Shown: positions 16,568 to 22,091 of the stretch, piece by piece
Layout: each line of letters opens with the position of its first letter
Numbering within the stretch: position 1 is the stretch's first letter
Assembly: GCA_964579265.1 (NCBI GenBank)
Contig: CAZOFO010000007.1
Coordinates: 1 to 22,091 of the forward strand
Direction: 5' to 3'
Origin: Candidatus Micrarchaeota archaeon
GTDB lineage: Archaea > B1Sed10-29
Length of the DNA stretch: 22,091 nt
Made by a program: the position numbers and the translations under genes
The notes under the pieces: model-generated
Told to the model about the DNA's origin: nothing
Database searches by the model: none
What the model saw: the letters and a program-made list of their open reading frames with translations, nothing else

Positions 16568-17956
16568 ATGAGTGAAAAGAAGATAGCAGTGATTCTGATA
16601 GCTATAGTGATAGGTATAACTTTATCATCTCTTCTTTACGCATCTATAAATACTCACTGGAATGTTTTCTATCAGAGGAAAGTAGAGTCAACTTACCACA
16701 ATCAAGGTCTGCCTGAAGAGGATTTTCAAAGTTATTTAGGAAGGAGAAATACTTTTATACCAGGGTATTTCTCATTTGGAGCCAGCACGCTTAAACTTAC
16801 AGGTATGACTCCTTCTGTGGCGGGTAGAACACTTATAAAGCTTCTTTCAGCTTCTTTCTTGGTCTTAAGCTCGATTTATTTCTCCAAGTCTCTTGATCTT
16901 AACAAAAAACAGCTTGTGATTTTCCTGATTTTCCTTGTAGGTCAGAGCATTGTTTTCACCTGGATAATGTCTTATCCTCTTCATACACTTGGTCTAGGGA
17001 TGTTCCTTTTCACGCTCGGCTACGGTGTAAGAGGAGAGATGGACAAAAGGAGAACTATCTTCACAGGAGTAATGGCTGGTTTAAGCGGATTAGTACATGC
17101 TTCCTATATAGTTATGTTTCCTTTAATGTACTACGTGTTGCTTAAACATCTTGGGAAAAGTAAACAAGTGGTTAATTCAGTTAAAGCGTTTTCCGTAGGT
17201 GCTTTGGTAACTCTTTCGCTCTATGCGAATGTATTGATTGAAAATGGGGTTCCTTACGCTATCCAGTTGACCGAGTGGGGTTACGGTATTCAGGGGTCAT
17301 TCCAGAGCTTTATAGGATACATGGCTTTTTTGTCCCCTGTATTACTAATTGTTTTTTATAAAGAGATCAAGGAGGATTGGAATCCTACCTTGCTTTGGGC
17401 GTCTATAGTTCTTCTTGGAGGATATATATTTGTAAGTAGGAGACTTGATGTTTTCTTAGGAATATTGATAAGTGTTATGGTTGCTAAAGATCTTTCATCT
17501 ATAGAACTACCTAGGTTATCCATTGATAGTTCGAAATTGTTCAGCTTAGTGATTCTTTTAGGTATTGGAAATGGATTGGTAATGGGTGCTCATATTGGTC
17601 AAACTAGATCTAGAGGAAATACTTTCTTGAGTGGCTGGTACGAGGATCCGTTTGAGTTTTCCGGTAAGACACCTGGTGATAGAGTGATTTCAGATCCTTA
17701 TTACGGTCATTCTTTAACTTATTATACTGATAAAGCGGTTCTTTCGGATCTCTACGTGGAGTACGCGAATGAAACTAAGTACGAGGATAATATGGATTTC
17801 ATTGATGAGGAAGAACTTGGGATCATGGAGAAGTACGGTATAACTACTGCGGTTGTGGATTCCGATATGGATCTTGATGAATTGAACACAACTATCTTGT
17901 TCTCTAACGAGCATCTTTCAGTTCATAGTAACCATGAGAAGTTCTATTCGGAATAG
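16568..17956 (+). CDS. GT-C-like multi-pass membrane protein (start revised from 16499, or continuation of the upstream ORF)
   Basis: SYLGRRNTFIPGY parallels SYEGRRYEYPPLY of the neighbouring GT-C; many TMs; tail DRVISDPYYGHSLTYYT..KYGITTAVVD. Confidence 0.75.
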   Translation: MSEKKIAVILIAIVIGITLSSLLYASINTHWNVFYQRKVESTYHNQGLPEEDFQSYLGRRNTFIPGYFSFGASTLKLTGMTPSVAGRTLIKLLSASFLVLSSIYFSKSLDLNKKQLVIFLIFLVGQSIVFTWIMSYPLHTLGLGMFLFTLGYGVRGEMDKRRTIFTGVMAGLSGLVHASYIVMFPLMYYVLLKHLGKSKQVVNSVKAFSVGALVTLSLYANVLIENGVPYAIQLTEWGYGIQGSFQSFIGYMAFLSPVLLIVFYKEIKEDWNPTLLWASIVLLGGYIFVSRRLDVFLGILISVMVAKDLSSIELPRLSIDSSKLFSLVILLGIGNGLVMGAHIGQTRSRGNTFLSGWYEDPFEFSGKTPGDRVISDPYYGHSLTYYTDKAVLSDLYVEYANETKYEDNMDFIDEEELGIMEKYGITTAVVDSDMDLDELNTTILFSNEHLSVHSNHEKFYSE

Positions 17957-17980
17957 GGGAGTTTTGATATGTTTAGAGCT

Positions 17981-19471
17981 TCATGGTTTTACTTTGTTTA
18001 TTGAGGATTCTTCAGTGCATTTGTTTCCTTCACATCCCCAGGATACGTATTTCTTTTCGAGTTCAACTTCTTCATGTATTTTTTCTGATGGATCGTTCTC
18101 CGTGAGGAGGAGGTAATCGATTTCGTTTTCCTCAAGAGTTTTTTCTATGTCGACTTCTTCCGGGTTTACGAATATCTTTGAGTAGTCCACCCATCTTTCA
18201 GGGTTTTTGGCTGATTCAAAGAATATATCCAGTTCACATTGGTTGTCTGTCAGGGTTAATAGGTTGGCGCAGGTGTCGTGGTGTGCTAGTATTCTTGCTT
18301 CTTCAGGTATTTTTTCTTCTGCTTCTTCTATCATTGTATAGTCGGAGTTGCTTAGCGGAGGTTTGAGGTCTCCGAGGTGGGATACAGCGGTTATGGATAT
18401 AAGTGCGAATATTACTCCGAATGTGAATATTTGCCTGGATTTTATGTTTGGATGTGTCATTTCTCTTGATATGAGGATGATTAGAGGTATTGAGAAGAAT
18501 AGTAGTTGTCTCCAGGGGTACAGTATAGGTGTTATCAGGAAGCTTGTGAATAGTATGAAGAAGAAGATTAGCCATATCCATAGTAGTAGGGTTAATTTGT
18601 CTTTTGATATGAATTGGAGTTTTTTCTTGATTTTTCCCGGTGTTAGGGATGTTTCTTTATGGTTATTTTTTTGTTTATTGTTTTCTCCTGATATTAAGAG
18701 TAGGATTATTACTAGTAGTGTGGAGAATATTATTCCAAGGATCAGTCCCTGGTAGGCGAATGGGAAGACTATCTCTGGTCCCAGAGATATGTTCAGTGAT
18801 CTTGTAAGTATCTCGATCGGGTTTTTTCTAGTGGAGAACCATCCTATTATTGATAGGATTATTGGTGATGCGAATAGTCCTGTGTGTTTGAATTCTTTTT
18901 TTACAAGCAGGTATATTATGAATGGGAAGGATAGAAATACTCCGGAGAAGGGGTTGAATAGGAATGCTATTCCCATTGTGATTCCTCCGTAGATCGGTTT
19001 TTCCTTTAGGATAAGGTGGATCGTTATTATGGATAGGAGTACTCCTATTATTTGTGGTGAGTCGTAGGAGCTGTATATTAATGGTGGGTTGAACAGCATT
19101 AGTGCTGCTGCTACTAGAGCTGAGTTTTTGTCCCAGTGTTTTTTCACGAGTAGGTAGATGGGTATTGATATTAGGAGAGTTATTATTGGTAGTAGGAACC
19201 TTGTTGTTGTGATTATTGATAGTCCTGTTATTGAACTGATTCCGATTAGTGATAGGTGGTAGAGTGGTGGGTATAGTCTTGGTCTTTTTTCTCTTGGCCA
19301 TGGGTTTGTCTGGTAGAGTGGGCTTGATGTTTCTTGTATTCTTTGAGCTACTCTCACATGGTAGTACGAGTCGTAGTGCAGGGGTTTTTCGTGTTGGGTA
19401 ACGGGTCTGAGTCTGATTATGCCTGCTCCAATGATCAGTAGGGTTAGTATGATGAGGTGTTTGTTGTTCAC
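17981..19471 (-). CDS. GT-C (STT3/AglB-like) membrane glycosyltransferase, 496 aa
   Basis: HYDSYYHVRVA, LYPPLYH, many TMs, C-terminal ARILAHHD..NEIDYLLL. GTG start with SD GGTGA, overlapping the upstream TGA. Confidence 0.8.
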   Translation of the reverse strand: MNNKHLIILTLLIIGAGIIRLRPVTQHEKPLHYDSYYHVRVAQRIQETSSPLYQTNPWPREKRPRLYPPLYHLSLIGISSITGLSIITTTRFLLPIITLLISIPIYLLVKKHWDKNSALVAAALMLFNPPLIYSSYDSPQIIGVLLSIITIHLILKEKPIYGGITMGIAFLFNPFSGVFLSFPFIIYLLVKKEFKHTGLFASPIILSIIGWFSTRKNPIEILTRSLNISLGPEIVFPFAYQGLILGIIFSTLLVIILLLISGENNKQKNNHKETSLTPGKIKKKLQFISKDKLTLLLWIWLIFFFILFTSFLITPILYPWRQLLFFSIPLIILISREMTHPNIKSRQIFTFGVIFALISITAVSHLGDLKPPLSNSDYTMIEEAEEKIPEEARILAHHDTCANLLTLTDNQCELDIFFESAKNPERWVDYSKIFVNPEEVDIEKTLEENEIDYLLLTENDPSEKIHEEVELEKKYVSWGCEGNKCTEESSINKVKP

Positions 19472-19884
19472 TGGTTTTCACCTTTTACTGCTTGTAGTGT
19501 GTAGGTTTTGTTTGCTTCTTGCTGGTCGTGTATTGGTGTTATGTGGATCTGTATTTTCTCTGTTTCTTCTTTGATATTTGTTTTGTTTTCTTTTCTGAGG
19601 GTTGCTTCTTTTTTTTCTCCTGGTGGTACGTTTATTTTTTGTGTTCTGTTTAGTTGCGGTGATTCTAGTTGGTACGTTCCCGGGTTTTCCGATTCCAGTG
19701 GTTCTTGAATCTCTATTGTTATTTCTCCGTGTTGGAATGAGTGGTTTTTTATTCTTGCTTGTGTGGTTGGTGGTTGTTCTGCGGGTTCGAAGTGTAGGTA
19801 TAGTATTGGTGATGCTATGGCTAGTGTTATGAGGAGGATGAATATGAATTCTGTTGATTTTATGAATTCTTGTAATTTATCCAT
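19468..19884 (-). CDS. Hypothetical membrane-anchored protein, 138 aa
   Basis: Single N-terminal TM; AGGATGA upstream; codon usage matches its neighbours; stop overlaps the next start. Confidence 0.75.
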   Translation of the reverse strand: MDKLQEFIKSTEFIFILLITLAIASPILYLHFEPAEQPPTTQARIKNHSFQHGEITIEIQEPLESENPGTYQLESPQLNRTQKINVPPGEKKEATLRKENKTNIKEETEKIQIHITPIHDQQEANKTYTLQAVKGENQ

Positions 19885-19897
19885 TTTTTCATCCTTT

Positions 19898-20581
19898 TTA
19901 GAGTTCTTTCCCTGTCCATGATTTTATCACTGATGTTGCTAGGTATTTTGCTAGTCCACCGCTCTGGCTCCAGTTTAGTTCGTTGAATTCGAATGATTTG
20001 TCAGGGTATTCTATTTCGACTGGTACGTACCGTAGTTCCATTCCTTTTTTTATTGATTTGAGGTTTATTTCGGATTCTACTTCGAATCCGTTTTCTTTTA
20101 AGCTTAGTTTTTCAAAGTCTTTTCTTTTGATTGCTCTTATTCCGCATGTGGGGTCTTTTACTGATTTTCCTGTGGCTAGTAGTATTGCTAGTTTTGCGAG
20201 TGCGTTGTTGATTCTTCTTGGCCAGGGCATTTTTTGGAAGTTTCTTTTTCCTATCACTATGGTGTTTTCTTCTAGTTTTTCAAGGAATAGTGGTAGTTTT
20301 TCTATTTGGTGTTGGTCTGCGTCTGTGAATACTATTTTTTCTTTTTCTGCGTTTTCCACGCCTTTTCTCATTGCGTGTCCTTTTCCTTTGTTTGGTTTGT
20401 AGGATACTACTTTGTCTGCTTTGGTTTTTTCTGCTTTTTCTTTGGTTTTGTCTTTTGATCCGTCGTCCACTACTATTATTTCTAGTTCTTTGTTCGCTTT
20501 TTCTTTTAGTTCTTGTAGTTCTTTTACTGTGTTCTGTATTGTTTTTTCTTCGTTGTAGCAGGGGATTATTATGCTTGGCAT
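19898..20581 (-). CDS. Glycosyltransferase family 2 (dolichol-phosphate glycosyl synthase-like)
   Basis: IIIPCYNEE, VVDDGSKD, NKGKGHA, DAD (DxD), DPTCGIRA, FEVESE. Confidence 0.92.
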   Translation of the reverse strand: MPSIIIPCYNEEKTIQNTVKELQELKEKANKELEIIVVDDGSKDKTKEKAEKTKADKVVSYKPNKGKGHAMRKGVENAEKEKIVFTDADQHQIEKLPLFLEKLEENTIVIGKRNFQKMPWPRRINNALAKLAILLATGKSVKDPTCGIRAIKRKDFEKLSLKENGFEVESEINLKSIKKGMELRYVPVEIEYPDKSFEFNELNWSQSGGLAKYLATSVIKSWTGKEL

Positions 20582-20594
20582 TTTTCATCCTTTT

Positions 20595-21161
20595 TTATCT
20601 TTGGAATCTGTTTTGTAGGTATATTCCTGTTGCTTTTAGGTCTTCGGGTGATTTTGTTTTGATTGTTATTGTTCTGTTATCTATTTCTATTAGGTTGTTT
20701 TCTCCTTCGTGTTCTGGGTATTCTATGTATAGGAGCATTTCGTTTTCTCCTGGTTTTATTCCTCTGCATTCTTCGACTGTTTTTTCTCCTCCGTCGCATT
20801 TTACTGCTTCGTTGTTTTCCATTCCTATTCCGTGTATTCTTTCGTGGTTTAGACCTGCTTTTTGTGTCATTATTGATGATATTCTTGGTACTGTGTCGGT
20901 TATTTTTGCTGTTGTTTCTGTTCTTTCCACGTCTCCTTCGAATACTAGGTAGGATTTGTCGGATGTTTCTAGTAGTTCTTGGAAGTGTTGTTCTGGATCT
21001 TGTTCTTGGTATGATCTTATGCATAGGTTTTTGTAGCATGCTTCTTCGTAGCTTGGTGTTGTGAAGTAGTAGATGTTTAGTGCGATTAGTGCGATTAGTA
21101 TTGGTATTAGTATGTAGAGTATTTCTTTGTCCATTTTTTCTTCTTCTTGGTTTTGGGTCAT
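20595..21161 (-). CDS. Hypothetical membrane-anchored extracellular protein with two Cys pairs
   Basis: N-terminal TM; CYKNLC and CDGGEKTVEEC. Start uncertain (21170 GTG, 21161 or 21134 ATG). Confidence 0.75.
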   Translation of the reverse strand: MTQNQEEEKMDKEILYILIPILIALIALNIYYFTTPSYEEACYKNLCIRSYQEQDPEQHFQELLETSDKSYLVFEGDVERTETTAKITDTVPRISSIMTQKAGLNHERIHGIGMENNEAVKCDGGEKTVEECRGIKPGENEMLLYIEYPEHEGENNLIEIDNRTITIKTKSPEDLKATGIYLQNRFQR

Positions 21162-21325
21162 TTTTTTCACTTTTTGTTTTTTTATGTGTGTTTTTTGTTG
21201 TTTTTGTGGTATTTAGTTTGCTGGTTCTTTGGTTTTCTCGTTTCTTGTTTTTATCTGTATTTGTATATGGTTGTGGCTAGTGCTGTTTTGGGGTAAAAAT
21301 AATATAAGAAATAGTAAGGGGTTTG

Positions 21326-21344
21326 GGCTTGCTTTTGGCAAGCC
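21326..21344 (-). terminator. Stem-loop downstream of the S-layer gene
   Basis: Perfect 7-bp inverted repeat GGCTTGC-N5-GCAAGCC, 24 nt after the stop; minus-strand T-rich tract about 10-30 nt further on. Confidence 0.55.
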
Positions 21345-21368
21345 TTTCTGGTTTTAGTGTTTTGTTTT

Positions 21369-22091
21369 TTATCCTGTTAGACGGTTGATTAAGTCGTCTG
21401 CTGCGTCTACTGTGTCTTCTTTTAGGTATCCAGCGACTAGTAGGTCGTTGTCTTCTGCTGCGATTACTGAGTCTCCTGCTTCTTGTAGGTCGTCTGCTGT
21501 GTCGAATTGTTCTGCTAGTGCGTTGACGTATGGTCCTCCTACAACTATTCTGTATTGTGCAACGCCTGGTTCTGTGTCGTCCATTATCATTTCTGCTGGG
21601 TCGTCGTTGCCTAGGTAGGATTTCGCTGTGTAGAAGTCTTCGTAGTTTTCTACTGTTCCGACTACATCTTCTACTTCGAAGTCGATGTTCCAGTCTATGC
21701 TTGTTACTTCGTATCCGTTGAATTCAGCTGGTACATCATCGTAGCCAATTGTCACTGAGTCTCCGACTTCCATTCCGTCGTCCGGAATATCGTCGTTTTC
21801 AACTGTTGTTCCTATTCTTGTCAGTGCGTTCCTGTAGTCTTCTGGTAGGATGAAGCTTGCTGCTTGTCTATCTGTGTCTGTTATTTCTAGTCCTGTTCCT
21901 AGTATGTGTTGTTCGTCTTCTACTTCGACGTCTCCGGATGATTGCTCGTAGTTTATGTAGGTTCCATCTTGGTAGTCATCTCCGATTTTTATCCCTGCGT
22001 CGTCATCGCTTTCGTTGTAGAACACATATGCTTCTGCTCCTTGATGATCTTCTACAAACAGTTTGGAGATTGTCTCGTTGGTGTAGTGCAC
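21369..22091 (-). CDS. S-layer protein, C-terminal part (5' end outside window)
   Basis: IVVGGPYVNALA and LLVAGY..EDTVDAA..LI at the C-terminus resemble archaeal (Methanococcales-type) S-layer C-terminal domains. Very D/E-rich, with N-x-S/T sequons NET and NES. Confidence 0.8.
   Translation of the reverse strand: MHYTNETISKLFVEDHQGAEAYVFYNESDDDAGIKIGDDYQDGTYINYEQSSGDVEVEDEQHILGTGLEITDTDRQAASFILPEDYRNALTRIGTTVENDDIPDDGMEVGDSVTIGYDDVPAEFNGYEVTSIDWNIDFEVEDVVGTVENYEDFYTAKSYLGNDDPAEMIMDDTEPGVAQYRIVVGGPYVNALAEQFDTADDLQEAGDSVIAAEDNDLLVAGYLKEDTVDAADDLINRLTG

Noticed and set aside
16560..16571. Pyrrolysine or amber readthrough of the TAG at 16560
   Set aside because: An in-frame TGA follows two codons later, so readthrough would not join the ORFs.
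17981..19471. Calling this or the other GT-C genes aglB
   Set aside because: None has the WWDYG motif.
21171..21300. T/G-rich low-complexity intergenic tract as a repeat or ncRNA
   Set aside because: No unit periodicity or pairing potential; it mirrors the A/C-rich spacer at 8930-9040 and is explained by regional skew.
2278..21721. Many 60-217 aa antisense or alternate-frame ORFs in the track
   Set aside because: They are F/L/S-rich or R/K/N/T-rich shadows produced by the strong strand skew, and they overlap well-supported genes.

Overview
Archaeal chromosomal segment, AT-rich with strong strand skew. A DPANN-like lineage is my inference from the BHB tRNA introns, aRF1, Dph2, TruD and an S-layer C-terminus. 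Left to right: the 3' part of a tRNA-Trp(CCA) gene carrying two BHB introns (canonical 37/38 with box C/D guide elements, and a non-canonical 53/54 T-arm intron); a candidate RiPP locus of two divergent radical SAM/SPASM enzymes flanking a 42-aa Cys-rich ORF missed by the ORF track (1650-1778); hflX and dph2; two Kef-type CPA2 antiporters; a small B-repeat protein; an aRF1 whose GGQ motif reads GGWSQ; two paralogous membrane proteins; truD; and a surface-glycosylation cluster (three GT-C/STT3-like proteins, a GT2, membrane-anchored proteins) next to an acidic S-layer gene cut by the window edge. Plus-strand composition flips from A/C-rich to G/T-rich near 16.2 kb regardless of gene direction. 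All calls come from reading motifs by eye; no searches were run.
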